A stretch of DNA of 61,367 bases from Basidiobolus meristosporus CBS 931.73 (taxonomy: Eukaryota; Fungi; Basidiobolomycota): the NCBI GenBank assembly GCA_002104905.1, contig MCFE01000535.1, forward strand, positions 1-61,367, read 5' to 3'. Both the position numbers and the translations under genes were made by a program. Numbering within the stretch: position 1 is the stretch's first letter; each line of letters begins with the position of its first letter. Shown here piece after piece: positions 1 to 13,466 of this stretch. The notes beneath the pieces are model-generated. The model worked only from the letters and a program-made list of their open reading frames with translations. It did not search any database and was not told the origin of the DNA.

Positions 1-2338
1 ATCATGAATTTTCCCAATTGAGAAGCTGTTAAATTCTTTGGGTTCTCGGATTTGGATGCTAGACATGCGCAGCACGATTTGATATCCAGAACCTCCGCAG
101 AGCATAATCACATACGATGCATGGTGAATTTCAGAGTTGGCCATTAGTAATTAATATAATGATCCATGAGTTAGGCGAGCGCCTTGAGCTTACGTCTATA
201 AGATGAAATTGCACATCCCGCAATTCTTTTTTGCAGGAATTGTTTCTAACCCTGTACACATTGATCACAATTTGGGCTATTGCAGCTGCCTTATTGACCC
301 TTCGCATTTTACGATCTTTTTAGATGTGTCGAGCATTGTCTGGTACGTTAAATATTCAGAGATTCGTGCGAAGCATGCACCATAGCCTGAGCCACTGTCC
401 CGCAGCAATTCCATATTCGGCAACGAGGCAGTTATCGTGACCAGTTACCATCGTATTGGATGTTCTTCACGGCATTTCATTGGCAAAATATAGCGCGTAC
501 GAATCTGTCCGCGCAAATCCAAACAGTTTCCAGAGAAATCCCAGAGCTGTCCTAAACCTTGCATGAGCCACTCCATCACCAACTTTCAAACTGGGTAAAT
601 ACTGCTCATCTATATTAGTATGTACTAATTAATGATGCCGTTTGACAGTCACGGATCTGAGATTCGCGACCTTTCTAACCAATTGAGTCAAGTCGATGCT
701 TTTACTAAAAGGAGTGTACAAATCAGCAACCAAGCCCTCACTGAGAGCTGAGTCAGATGACGTGTCCCAGTAGACGGCCATTCATTTCTCTTAGACGTCA
801 TCAGTGGCCACATGCTTTAAAGCTAATTTCAATTTCGGTCTAGCAAGTCGGTAGGTGGATTGCCACGCTACCGAACGCTATTCCGCAGGTCATCTTGCCC
901 TTGACTCCCTGATGCTTCCACATTGCATGCCAACCGTGTCCCAAACATGAACATTCTGTAGGAGCATACAGTTGTTGGCAGTAAAGAGCTCAAAACCGAA
1001 CGAAAGATAGCCTTTGCTATGCAAGTAATACCAACTTGATTTGCACTAGAATCTTGGAAGGTTTGGAGACGATCCTAGTGGAGATGTCTCAAACTTGGAT
1101 GAGGAAGTAGACAAAGCGATTTTGTGGAACACAGAATGAGCCCTAAAATCTGCCATTAATCCATATATGCCGCATACAATCAACCAAGGCCCTTTCGAGT
1201 ACAAGTCAATACATTGTTTGGGAAGCTCCATGTCTCGCGTCTTCCTGGTATAAAGAAGTCCTATACTGAAACCTAGACCATGGATCCAGAGAGGCTTGGA
1301 TGGAATTGATCGATACTAGAGTTAGTATTGGATCATGGAATTTGGATCTTGCAGTGTGGATCTTTGAATGACAAGAGTGCTCAATGATACGCCGGCGTTG
1401 TGATATGTAATCGCTTACTATCTCCAAGACCAGGCAGTAACCAGATTTAGTTGGCTGATATCTGGTTCATATGATACTGTTTGTTCACATCCACTTCAAA
1501 TAGTCCCAACAGTCATCAATATTAACATTCTATCTCCAACGTACTGTAGGGAACACCGCTTCATGAGCACCCTCCGTTTAAGCATCCATGGCAAAATACT
1601 ATTTCAAATGGATATGGCCCGAATAATGCACATATTTGAATCGAACACTAATTCAATCCCGCATGCTAATGTAAAATTAATTGAATGATTATAAACTCGC
1701 CTTAATAGGGGTGAAACGTGCGTTCGAAGTGGAATCGTTTCATTGGGGTGACACCAATTTATTTGACTTCTTTTTAATTGAGTTTCTTATCTTCATTTGA
1801 TATATCGGTGAATTTCCGTTTCTAACTTGGCGTTGTGTACCCACAGTCATTTTACACGGGCCTTTTCTACTCCCATGTCAGCGTGATTCTTTCATATTTA
1901 TTCTTAACCCCCGATTATTTCTCGCCCAAAGCACTGCAAGCAGACCTTGTTTTCTTGTCACACTGCACACCTTTTTGGCGGTACAGCTTCCCCTTAATTT
2001 CTGAGCTATTACTTTTTATTATTAGTAGTCTAATCGTGCTGCTTTTCGGTGGACTCGTATTGTCCTTCAAGACCTTATCTCAGCTTTCACTCCTGTAGCA
2101 AATTACCAATAAATCACTTGTCAAGTCATTTCCCACTAATCCGTTAGCAGGTAAAGTGACATTCACTTAGTCAGGCTCCTTTTCAAAACTTTGTTTATTC
2201 TAACCTTCTCTGGAACTTCTGTAGTGTTGCACTTAAAGTAAGATAAGGTTAAGCACGAGAAGAAAAGAGACAAATTCAGTGTCCCCGGCGCAATCAACAA
2301 TCTCTACGACTGCCAATTGGCACATCACATTCGAAACT

Positions 2339-4414
2339 ATGAAAGTGATCAAGTATCACCTTGGAACTTATACTCATCGTAATCAGAAATTGCCCCTATG
2401 TCTCTATCATTTTATATCACAAGATTGCCCTGTCGAGCAGCTATTCACTTTTCACCTGAAGCTTCGTGACTTGGACCAGATCTTTTGCGATACGAACTCA
2501 GGCTACATATACAGTACGAAAGTATTGAATACTTGTACAGATAGCAGTTCTGATTGTGTTCTCACCGAAGACAATGGAGAAATCTATGTTGAAGCGCATC
2601 TGGTGAAGGAAATTGCTCGTCAGGTGGGGGAAAAAGTACTGATAGAGCTGTGCCAACTGGACGAATCGGCTATTCGATCCGACACCATTAGGAACGTGTT
2701 GAATCCTCTTCCCAACGTTGATCTAGAGGACGAACTTGAAATGATGGAAGCTGACCTACACGTGGTAGTTGGCTTGCATAGTGGTCATGGGGAGGTGCAA
2801 GTCAAGACGGAAGAACTCATTGACTCCAGTGGCTTTCACATTCCTCGCCTGTCCAAATCCCCACAACTAGATAAAACAGTTCGTAGAGTAAGGTCCCTTA
2901 ACAGAATGTCAATTGAGGAGGTTCTTGATCGACGTTCTGGGATCTTTGAAAGGCCTGGGTCTGGAAGGGCGCTACCATATACTATGGAAGCCATCTCCGA
3001 AGATTCATCACATCATCTAACGAACCACCGATTCCTTCATGAGTCTGAACCGCCCTCTTCTCACTCGCCTCCATCGAATACTACTACGCCTATTAGAATA
3101 CTGAATGAGGATTCTCTAGAACGCAAACGTAAACGGCCAATAACTCCTTTAAGCGCCAATGCTAAAAATCCACACATGGCTCCAATTACAACAGAGAGCA
3201 ACGGAAGGCCTCACCATGTTGTTGAGGATGTCACGGAGCACATTCGCGCACTCCATAAGCAACAGAAGCAGCAACAACACCTCCCCCAAACGCGCACACC
3301 ACTATTTGATTCTCATGCTGGGCAACATCATATATACCAGACGCAAACGGGCACTAACCATAGTATTTCTTCCAAAATTGCTGGGTTAAATCGTGGCAAA
3401 AACACTCGGAATCTAACCATTAGTACTCCTTCATATGAAGAATCCACCGTTGCACCCAAATCCGCCCCAATCCACCCAACTTATCAGCATTTAGGCGGCT
3501 CTGGCTACCGGGTTTATTCATCCCAAGGAGGTCAGGTGTATTCTACATTGAGCGGGCAGAGATTAATGCCATCGAACTCAACCATCCCTCCAAACACCGC
3601 CATCCCTTACGAAGCTTCTCTGTATAATCGCGGTTCCTCTTCATACCATCCTTCTAATTATATGGGAACCACGCCTACAGTGAAATCAAATGCCCCAGTA
3701 CCCGACCCATCTGTCAACGTTCCTCAGCCATCTGTTCCTCCACGCCCCGTGACTGCTCACCCATATAGCTCTCAAGCTATCCATTATTCAAGCAAGGCTT
3801 ATCCGCAGCGCTCATCACCTCCGAAATTTCTATCGCAACACGCGATACCCAGTAGCAATCCTTTGGGATCCAGGCAGCAATTCATGTCTCTATTTGAGTC
3901 CCTCTTTGATAACATCGACTCAACCAGGGGATTGAAGATTCAACTGGAGGAGCAGATACGAAAATCAACAACGCTATTACAGACACTACAGGCTTCTGGT
4001 CCAATGATCGAGGGGCTGGTTAGAAGCCATTTCAGAGACATGCAAGGGCAATTTATCGAGAAGTACGACACGACCATCGAAGATATAACGCAGCGCCTAG
4101 ATCGACTCGAAGAGCGCCAGCTTCAATTAGACCAACAATACGCTAAGTTCCAGAATCGAAGCGCATCTTCCGAAAGTGGGGAAGAAGCAGAGTCCAGACT
4201 GCTGCAATCCAATGGAGGACGTAAAGACCCATCAGAACTCCCAACACCCCCACTTATACTTAGCCATCCAAGATTAGATAGTGAGGGCCATCTTACTAGG
4301 GTGGTAAAAAGCCAAGGTGTTAGTGCGGACATGAAAACAAGGGATTACGAGGAGATGATCAAATGTCTGGTAGATCGGTTGGAGACTCTTGAGAGAAGAA
4401 TAGATCAGCATTAA
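2339..4414 (+). CDS. Intronless hypothetical protein (692 aa from the first ATG): predicted folded N-terminal ~130 aa, long S/P/H-rich disordered middle, C-terminal coiled coil
   Basis: Open ORF 2279-4414; the first ATG is at 2339 (MKVIKY...). The C-terminal segment QQFMSLFESLFDNIDSTRGLKIQLEEQIRKS...RLDRLEERQ is heptad-like. No family recognised with certainty. Confidence 0.8.
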   Translation: MKVIKYHLGTYTHRNQKLPLCLYHFISQDCPVEQLFTFHLKLRDLDQIFCDTNSGYIYSTKVLNTCTDSSSDCVLTEDNGEIYVEAHLVKEIARQVGEKVLIELCQLDESAIRSDTIRNVLNPLPNVDLEDELEMMEADLHVVVGLHSGHGEVQVKTEELIDSSGFHIPRLSKSPQLDKTVRRVRSLNRMSIEEVLDRRSGIFERPGSGRALPYTMEAISEDSSHHLTNHRFLHESEPPSSHSPPSNTTTPIRILNEDSLERKRKRPITPLSANAKNPHMAPITTESNGRPHHVVEDVTEHIRALHKQQKQQQHLPQTRTPLFDSHAGQHHIYQTQTGTNHSISSKIAGLNRGKNTRNLTISTPSYEESTVAPKSAPIHPTYQHLGGSGYRVYSSQGGQVYSTLSGQRLMPSNSTIPPNTAIPYEASLYNRGSSSYHPSNYMGTTPTVKSNAPVPDPSVNVPQPSVPPRPVTAHPYSSQAIHYSSKAYPQRSSPPKFLSQHAIPSSNPLGSRQQFMSLFESLFDNIDSTRGLKIQLEEQIRKSTTLLQTLQASGPMIEGLVRSHFRDMQGQFIEKYDTTIEDITQRLDRLEERQLQLDQQYAKFQNRSASSESGEEAESRLLQSNGGRKDPSELPTPPLILSHPRLDSEGHLTRVVKSQGVSADMKTRDYEEMIKCLVDRLETLERRIDQH

Positions 4415-6497
4415 TATTATCTAATGAGCTTCTTGGTCTATCGAACTCCACCGTTTTATTGTAAAGATTAGCTTATACTTTTGGTAGAATACAACCCTTT
4501 CCACTTTCACTGACTACTTCTTTACATATTTATTCAGCGTAAACCATAATGCACATCTGTATAAAGTTTTATTTCTCTGTATCAGGATACAAGCTTTATT
4601 GACAGGATATGTTCCTCTACACAATCCAATTCATACGTTTCCCAAACATGACTAATAAAAAGCATCAATCCAAGAGCTGTCAATATTGACGTGGTGCATG
4701 GTGGAGTAACAGTGGCTGAGCCAGTCCGAATTTTAATTGAGCGGTGCACTCAAGGTAAACAATAACCTTGGCCAATCGGAAGATGGGGTATCATTGGTAT
4801 TAGACTAGGACTACTGCTATTGGTTTGTTAGATTCCGTGCCGGGTGTAAGAAAACTGTATCAGAAGTGGCACTTGAATATCATCTGCTTGTTACAACTAT
4901 GTTCTTTTCGGTATCCAGGTTTCATTGCATCATTGAATGTCGATTTAGAGCCCCTTTTCAAAACTACACGTCCACGGTTACTCCGTATTCATTTCACTAT
5001 GATTAGCTGATAGCATTGCTGGAGATCAAGAAATATGTAAGCTATACATCAGACGTGCTTATTATTCTTCCTGAGATGTCGGCCTGACCCACAAACTATA
5101 GGGGAGGGGTCCATGCATAATGGGAGGTAAGAATAATGAATGTTGGATGTTGATCAGACCGCTACACCAAGATAAAGATTTTGGTTCCATAAGCCTCACC
5201 AGGCTGTGAAAACATGGCATTTAGCAAGTTGGGTGCGAAGCCAGATAATCGCTTTTGGTTAGTGATCTTTCCTGTGTACCCATCAACGGAACACGGGCCA
5301 ACCAGTCAATACCTGAGCGTCGATTTTTGGCTGGTGAAATGTTGGACAAGGTAATATCAGAACACTTACTATATTTTGTTCAGCAAGGGCGATGCTACGC
5401 TGAGACTGACTGCTGTAAAGAGTTCACTGTAGGTGCCCATAGGCCCAGGGATCGGATGATGTTGTCAGGCATGGTGCTGATAATCGTACATATGATGAGT
5501 CCAATGTACGATGGAATTCAAGGAGTGCAGTGTTCAATGAGATATTGCAGAGCACATCTGGATCTGCAGTTTCATGATGATATACACAATCGCCGCTGAG
5601 CACTTGTTATTGTTATCAAGCTCATTTTCCCCCGTAAATGTATATGTAGTATATCTTTTTTATTATATATCTCCACTAACAATTGAGAGAGGATTTCGAA
5701 ATTGCACCTGACCCCTTTCATGAGTGCTGTTCATCTTCATGTTGATGACACCCTCTCTTGGCTCAATTTGCACCAAATCTGTGCCCTAAGAAGCAGGGAC
5801 GGTCCCTGTGCTGGCATACCCATCACCAGCAAGTAAAGTGGGTCCATTAATACTGCCAAGTATCAACTAGTCAAGTCACAATGAAATGGCCTTTTGTTTC
5901 CCAATACATACCAAACATGAAACTCATAATCACAGAATCCCATTCATATTTGGCCTCTTGACTTACAACAATCTACAAAAGTATCCCAAACATTTTCTCT
6001 AGACCATAGGATCTCGGCGACACACTGCAATGTTCGGAGCATATAGAAATTTATTGAACGCGCACCCGAATCAAGGGTGATTGGCTCCTGCAGTGACCCC
6101 GATATATTTATAGAACAGCGTGGATATGGGTGTATCTATTTTTAGAAGACTTTACTCTGAATGGTGCTCATTTCTATATGACTGATTAAGGTTTTGTAAC
6201 TGATACTCACAATATCGGTAACATGAATTCCATATACCCTTCCAAATGTGGACTGCTATTATATTGCAAGCAAGTAACCGAGATTTTACGGGACTGGTTC
6301 CAGGGGCCTGCTGTTGTCATTGATTCAAAAGGAGTACCATGAAATGTATTCACAACAGGTCCATCAGTTTATGAACACACAGACACAATGCTCATACGAA
6401 GTTGATCCTTGCTTTACGTCAACTGTCTCATCTAGTCCGAAGATAAAAGAAAGTCGATGTACCCAGTATTCATTCATCAAGTATCCTTCTACACAAA

Positions 6498-7019
6498 ATG
6501 CATTACAGTAATTTAGCTATCTTGGTACTCTTTTATACCAGTTTCGGAGCCTTTGGTCAAAGTATAAGTTCCCAATCCACTGATATTCCTTCTTCCAGTC
6601 TGGCGTCACCGGAGTCCTCCGCCTCAAGCTTGAGTACTGCCTCCATACCTGCCTCATCAGTTACTCCATCTCCAAGTGGAACACCGTCGATCTCTACCTC
6701 GCAAAGTCCAAGTGCAATATCAAGCAGCGCACTAGCTACGTCCATCTCTATCACAGGAACAACCTCTGCCAGCCCGACAGTCTCTACTGGTTCCATCTCT
6801 TCCGCCGCTGGGTCCAGTTCAGGCATATCTAGTGTACCGTCTGTTATTTCTAGCGCAATCTCGATAGGCCCAGCGACGAACATTATTCCTAGTCGCAGCA
6901 GTACAGCACCATCCAGCAAGAGCAGCACTTCCATCCCATACAACGGCAGCTCCCAAACCGAGATCCAATCGGCGATGTTCGTATTAAGCGCGTTCGTTAT
7001 TCTGGCACAGTACTTCTAA
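6498..7019 (+). CDS. Small Ser/Thr-rich secreted, probably GPI-anchored cell-surface protein
   Basis: Hydrophobic N-terminal signal (MHYSNLAILVLFYTSFGAFG), Ser-dominated core, C-terminal N-G-S-S then a hydrophobic tail (MFVLSAFVILAQYF). Confidence 0.85.
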   Translation: MHYSNLAILVLFYTSFGAFGQSISSQSTDIPSSSLASPESSASSLSTASIPASSVTPSPSGTPSISTSQSPSAISSSALATSISITGTTSASPTVSTGSISSAAGSSSGISSVPSVISSAISIGPATNIIPSRSSTAPSSKSSTSIPYNGSSQTEIQSAMFVLSAFVILAQYF

Positions 7020-7706
7020 AAGGTGTGGCAGCTCTAAAATGAACGAGGGGGGTCGCCTTGCTTTTTAACACCGTTGGCGATAATGCAAAGTATCTATGAT
7101 TACATTGTATCGTTGTTATTATCCAAATAAATGAATTAACAAAAACGACCAAGCAAATATGTCCACTGTATACCAAGTATATTGAGTGCCTTTTACGTTC
7201 GGCTATTTCGGTTACAGTAAATCATAACACTGATCATGACGAAATGGGATTCAATTTTGGCATGCAATTGCACATGATTTCCCGCTGAATGCTAAGGGGT
7301 GTACTACGATTTGGTATGACAAGTCCGGGATGACTTCTCATAACCATATTACATTGGAATCATGGCAGATTTGTTTCCTGTGAATCGCTCTCATACAATA
7401 TACGACTAGTAGCGCCAGCAAACCTTTCCCGAAATATTTCTATCAAATTTTTGCTTCCACTAATACATTACCAATCGTTTGTCCTATCAAATTCGTTCCC
7501 AGCATGAGCTATGTGTGATTAACAGGATGACGTTTCCGAGGTCACTCTGATCGAACACTCATCAGTTACACCATCAATTATTGGATTTATGAAAACCAAA
7601 AAAGGGGTGTTTGTTCGGGATTACAGCATCAAGAAGGTCAGTAAATGCAAGAGTATCTATATATATATGTATAGCTTGTGTGCTTTGCCCTAAACACAAC
7701 AGCAAC

Positions 7707-8873
7707 ATGGTAGAGATTGCTCCTTTACAAGTTCCACTCAAACGTAGACGTCAGACATTCAGTGTGTTCTTGTGGGCCTCCTTTCTCCCCATATGTCTCT
7801 CGCTACTATCCATCTGCGTGATCGTCCCCCTGTTCTGGCCACTGCTAATCTTCTACCTCATTTGGGCTTACTTCGATACAGCGCCTAGAACGGGTGCAAG
7901 ACGAAGCGATTGGATTAGAAATTTGCGTTGCTGGCGTTGGTTCGTAAACTTTTTCCCAATTCGCGTCGTAAAGGAAGCAGACTTGGATCCGAAGCACAAT
8001 TATTTATTCGGTAATTTTCCCTTCGGCTCCGGACCGGAAGTAATCAATTGACAACCTTCGCGTTTTAGGCTACCACCCGCATGGTATTATCGCGGTAGGA
8101 GCCTGGGGAGCATTTGGCACAGAAGGTGCCCAAATATCGAAGATATTCCCGGGGTTAAATATCCGCCTGCTAACCTTGGATACCAACTTCAACGTCCCTT
8201 TTTATCGCGATCTATTGATGGCATTTGGATTGGCGTCAGTAGCCAAGGAATCATGTAACAACATTCTACAGAAGGGGCCAGGGAATTCCTGTATGATAGT
8301 GGTTGGCGGAGCGTCCGAGTCATTAACCTCCTTCCCTGGAACCTATGATCTTATTCTCAAGAAAAGATACGGTTTCGTTAAGGTTGCCATGAGAAACGGG
8401 TATGTACAAGGGTTGAATTTGGATCCATTGTTGAGAGATGCTTACCGGTAACGTGTGTAGTGCACGACTAGTTCCGGTGCTCTCCTTTGGCGAAACAGAC
8501 GTTTACGATCAAGTAGAAGCCAAGACCGGGACCTGGCTTAAAAAGATCCAACGCAAAATTCAGGAGATCTTTGGGTTTACCACGCCTATTGCAATTGGAC
8601 GCGGTATCTTCGTATACGACTTTGGGATACTTCCTCGACGTCGCCCCATACATGTTGTCGGTAGGTGTATGTATCGCCTTCTTCAGCTGAACATGATTTG
8701 TAACAAGTCTTCTAGTTGGTAAGCCTATCGAGGTAAAACGGATCGACAACCCTACGAATGAAGAGGCGGAGGTTTATCATCAGCAGTACATGAATAGTCT
8801 GAAAGAGATATTTGAGAAGTATAAAGATCAATACGCGTCTGATCGCAAGAGTGAGTTGAGGTTTGTCGAATAG
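7707..8873 (+). CDS. DGA1: Diacylglycerol O-acyltransferase 2 (DGAT2 family), 4 exons
   Basis: Motifs VPLKRRRQT, YHPHG, VVGGASESL, KKRYGFVK, LVPVLSFGE, PRRRPIHVVVGKPI. GT-AG introns at 8011-8068, 8400-8460 and 8661-8715 restore the frame; stop at 8871-8873. Confidence 0.95.
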
Positions 8874-9146
8874 CCCCAAGACTACACAGCTCAGCCGGCT
8901 TTCTGGGACCCCAGTCTTCTGACCAAAAGGAAGTGGTGGGCCTGCCCTCAACAATCCACATTGGTGGGCATCAGTAATAAAGCAACCCGTGGAGATCTTC
9001 TCAGATTAGGATACATTTGATTTCTAGTGGATATATTTATTACTATCATATGATAAAGGTAATACTATACAGGGAACGGTAGCAAATTCGTCGGAAACAA
9101 TGCTTGATGGATTGGGCTAGTTACCGTGCCATATTGTACACACAAT

Positions 9147-10530
9147 TCAATGGATGTTGAGCAACCACTTCATCCTCTCGTATGCGTAGAAAGATACTGC
9201 TACCAATGGCGTGACTTTCAGATAGCCAATGCTTAGTCCAACGAAGAATCCCCCCACCCCTTTGGACCGGTATATCTTGGTGACCACCTCCTTTACCGTT
9301 GTTCGATTGTTTTCGGGGTTCACCGCGCCACGCACCTGGAAATGGCGCCTTGTAACCTCGATCGGGTAGGAGACGGTCTGTGCCAATGCGCCCGCCACGC
9401 CACCGCTAACCAGCTGAGCCCAAGCCTTCAGACGGACTTTCTCGCCAGTCTCCTGGGTCTGTCGGTCTTTCGTCACCAGGGCATTTGGGAAGTGGCTCCG
9501 GAATAGCTTTTGCATCATCGAGTGCGTCCAAAAGGATACGCCCGCGTACGGAATCACCCCCACCACCGTCAGGCCAAACCCTGTGTACAGATTCGTCACT
9601 GGAAGTCTGATCCAGCTGGTGCTGGGAATCTTCTCGTGATACACCAATTTCAATGTATCTAAAAATCCAGGCATCCCACCATTTTTAGGGATCTCATATG
9701 CCATTCTCACCCTAATTAGATCCAATGGATAGGTGCATAATACAGAGGAGAGTCCTACGTGGATAATTGTTTAATCACCTGGGGAGTGCTCGCAACGAAT
9801 AGGCAATTATTAAACCAGGAACGAACCAGCAAGTGAACCGGCAACAAACTCCATTCTAGGTGTATCGTGACCGGAGTACACCAACACCTATCACGGGCCA
9901 AGTATGTTAACGATGTTGAAGGGGAGCAGTGTACGGGAGGGATATCCCGAGGTCGCAATTGCTACTTTGAATTCGGTCGGTACTTACATTTTTAAACTGT
10001 TCATACGCCACGAACTTGATGGCGGCGTACGGGAAGATTCGAAGCAGAGTTGCCAAATGACCTTGAAACAGACCCCGGATGCCAGTGGAGGCGAATATTT
10101 CCTTACCAGCTTTGAACACCCCAAGGTAGGTTCCTGTTGAAAAAGAAGTTTGGTTTAGACGAAAGTGACGAGGTGGTCCCGCTGCTGAGCTTATCTCAAC
10201 CTGAGTACTTCTCGAAATGTGGATTGCTGGATTGGAAAAGGATCTTTACACGGTCGAGGGGTGCAACAAGAGTTTTGGCTGAGGAAGAGCAGGTTAGTGT
10301 GCTATCCTGGTTCTACGACGTCTGCATCTACTTGATCGTTGATGAAACCACAAACCTGCACACCCTGCGACACCCCCAGCAACGAAGGTCTTGAGTACAT
10401 AGGACAAGCTCTTTGTTTCGGTCTTGGCCTTTCCTCTATTCTGTAGGCGTGCAGCTGAGGATAAGTTAGAAGGCAAATTCGACGAAGTACCAGAGGCCGG
10501 TATGGGAGTTTGAATTACAGTATTGGACAT
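9147..10530 (-). CDS. LEU5: Mitochondrial carrier, coenzyme A transporter (Leu5/SLC25A16 type), spliced
   Basis: AGGVAGCA|[69 protein letters not shown]: three carrier repeats closely matching yeast Leu5 as recalled. Confidence 0.9.
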
Positions 10531-11254
10531 AAAAAAGGGGAGCGAGCGGGAAGAGAGGTGGTCAAATTATCTTCTCGAAAGGTGGCTGTTTAAAGATGGA
10601 ATCCATGTACAAGAAGCGTTAGATTAAATATTCCTGTTGGCAAACATCCAGCGGCAAATTACCAGGTGATGACCTCCTGAATATCATTTGGGATCAATGC
10701 GATCATAGCGCCACCGTTGGGTAGCTTGGTAATCATGAAAATCTCCTCACCGGAACGGAATTTCCCCTGGGTGAAGCCCGTGATTACCTTCAAATACCGT
10801 GGCCACTTTATGGGTTTTCACGGTAATAAATCAATACTCGGTCGGAAGGTGCAGGGGGTATTTTTACACACCGCAGATGTGACTTTTCTCTTGGGGATCA
10901 CATGATCAGCACTTTGGTGTCAAGTGACCATGGGTCCAAATGCGCGTTTCCTAGACACTTGATTATGTTGATGGAAGAGGGGTGGGCCCGATTATATTCA
11001 GGATATAGATTCTTCCCATTGCGTTGCAATCGAACTAGGTGTGCTTTATTGACACTATCTTGTCCCTAGGCTACTGAATGGCCCACTCACCGTCCGCTCC
11101 CGCCTTGCATAGACAGTGATTTTGGGCGCGTTGGATGAAGCTTCAGAAAGATAACCCGTCATCATAGCTACGTAAGTAAGCTCTTGGCTAGGTGCTCGTC
11201 ATGGTTCATGGGACATCCAGGTGCAATGTGAAAGTACGATCCAATCATTCCCAG

Positions 11255-12490
11255 CTACATATCCACAATACCCAGGGTCTTTTTGGCTTTTTCATAAACA
11301 CCGAGGAATATGTATCCGCCAATGCTGATTGACATCACTCTAGGACCAATCCCACAGAACAGGCCACGTAGTCCCTCGTGAACGTATATATGTACTAGTG
11401 TTTGGTGGATTCCTGGATATCGATGACTCTAGATAACCTCAGGGTTAGTTTATCCTGATAGGTTGGTAGTGCCGCTGGAAAGCAGTCCATGCTTACCCTG
11501 ATAGCCAGCATTGTCCTTGTTTTCACAACGTCCAGAGGGGTGGTAAGGGCCCCTGCCAAACCACCAGACAATGAGCCACAAACCCCGGCTTCCCAAGGCT
11601 CCACGTTGCCGCCTTTGTGTCGACCCCAGCGTATCTATTGGAAAGCGTTAGAGTTTCGGGGACACCAAGATTCTCGAGCGTTGCATGGAGCCCGACCTTC
11701 AATTTTTCGTACAAAGGAAATTGAATACAGGTGAAGGGAATCTATATATGCACCACTCATCAATACACAGCTTCAACATAGCCATGGGCTGTAGCTACCT
11801 CACGGACTACGGTTGATAGGTATCCTCTATAGAATCCCAGGGCGCCATCGGCTTGGAGCAATGCCCTAACTGCGCTCCCGATACTGGGATACTGCTTGGT
11901 TTGCATTCTCTGCTTGATGACCTCGGTCGGCACCCGGACGAAGCAAGCACTCTGTAAAATTGCTTTCTCAATAAATACCAGGGGGTGGAGTCCAAGAAAC
12001 CAAAACTCACAATTTCACCACAAGAGGCCGCAGTCATGTGAACGACTGACGAGTCACCAGCATTGTACCCTGAGAGACTGGCTTTCAGTGCCTCGTAGGT
12101 GACAAAGAACACCCCAGCTAGAGAGGCGGCCGCCCAGAGTCAGCGTCAGCCAGATTCAAAGTGTTTCCTGCCAAGTGGAACTAACCTGCAGGGGCAGAGC
12201 CCAGAACTGCGGAGGATAGACCGGAGTAGACGCCCGAAAAGCCGCCAGATTTGGTGAATCCAAGGTTGGATTGGAGTCTAGTTTTAATGGTGTCCAGGGG
12301 GAAAAGGGCGGTGTCGATAACGGTTCCGGCCATTCCCCCAGCCTCCATGAGAGCGGCACAGCAAATTTAGCAACCATCGATGCACACTTCAGATAACTCG
12401 GGCACGATACCATACCAAAATAGACTGCCTCCAGCTCGGACCTCGATTCCGCCTAGTGTCTTTGCCAACCGAAAGTGACCCAGAATCCAT
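11255..12490 (-). CDS. SAM5: Mitochondrial S-adenosylmethionine carrier (Sam5/Pet8/SLC25A26 type), spliced
   Basis: [97 protein letters not shown] at 12490, stop at 11255-11257. Confidence 0.9.
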
Positions 12491-13466
12491 CGGAAGAGAC
12501 TCTGGGAGGGCGAATGACCAGGACGCGCTCGGCCATATCTAGGCTTTTATTGTGACGAGAGCTTGATTCAACCGATCCGTCGGAGTAGATAATCTGGGCA
12601 CCTATATGTTAATTCAGTTAAGACTGGTAGTGCAGTGGTGACAGCATTGTAATGGAAAGCCTGCCAATTGGTATATTCACCAGGTCAATTTGATGTAGAT
12701 TGAGTGATGTGAATGATCTGATAAGGACCGAGCACTCATTCGACATGAATGAGCCAGCTGACTACGGATTTAGATCAAGGATTCATGAGTGCTTTCGAAC
12801 TGCTCAAACTCAAAATCGATATCTAATCTCTCCTGCCAAAACAAGCCAAACCGGTGCAGCTAGCTCTGAAGCATTGGTTACCACATGCAACCACGGATGC
12901 TCCAATATGGCAGGTTCTTTTACAGAGTATATTTGGTCGGTGTCCATTGATTATCGCCAGCGCAGGGAAGTGGGCCTCAACCGCACATCACATGATCAGC
13001 GGATCCTGAATTATTGGACAAAGGATTCACATATCCAGGCAGTGGGCTGATTGTAGGGTAGCACGCGTACAGAACAAACCCATCCACAGTTGGCATAAAA
13101 GCCCTTGAAGTGTGCATCAATTCATCAACGTTGCATTGTTGACCCCAAGGTCACAAAAATAAGTCCAAACCCGGTCAACAAATTATGCCAGTTTCTACAA
13201 ATATCCCAGCGGACAACCGCCATAATCGCCATGAAAATTGTTTTTTTTTCTTATCCTTGAAAATCCGATGATGAAAAGATTTCGATAGACTCAGAATAGG
13301 ATACTGATTTGTTGGTCCATTGTGAGAATGACGATGGGCTATGGATATATATCAACAGAAACCAAGTGAGCTAAGTTGGTTAAGTGGGGCTCTTCAGCAA
13401 TTTGCCATATCCAGTATTTTTACGTGCTTCACGGCTCTTCCCACATTTATCGCTTGGAAATAGAAA

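Noticed and set aside
1-1600. Possible spliced minus-strand gene (segments such as KPLWIHGLGFSIGLLY, QLWDFSGNCL, NVHVWDT)
   Set aside because: No consistent exon chain or family could be built; the WD40-like hints are too short.
4600-5600. Short ORFs and splice-like signals
   Set aside because: No coherent model or recognisable motif on either strand.
6557-6943. 128-aa antisense ORF
   Set aside because: Shadow of the Ser-rich GPI gene.
12700-13050. 116-aa ORF between the SAM carrier and the SUMO protease
   Set aside because: TTG start, no motifs; probably divergent promoter DNA.
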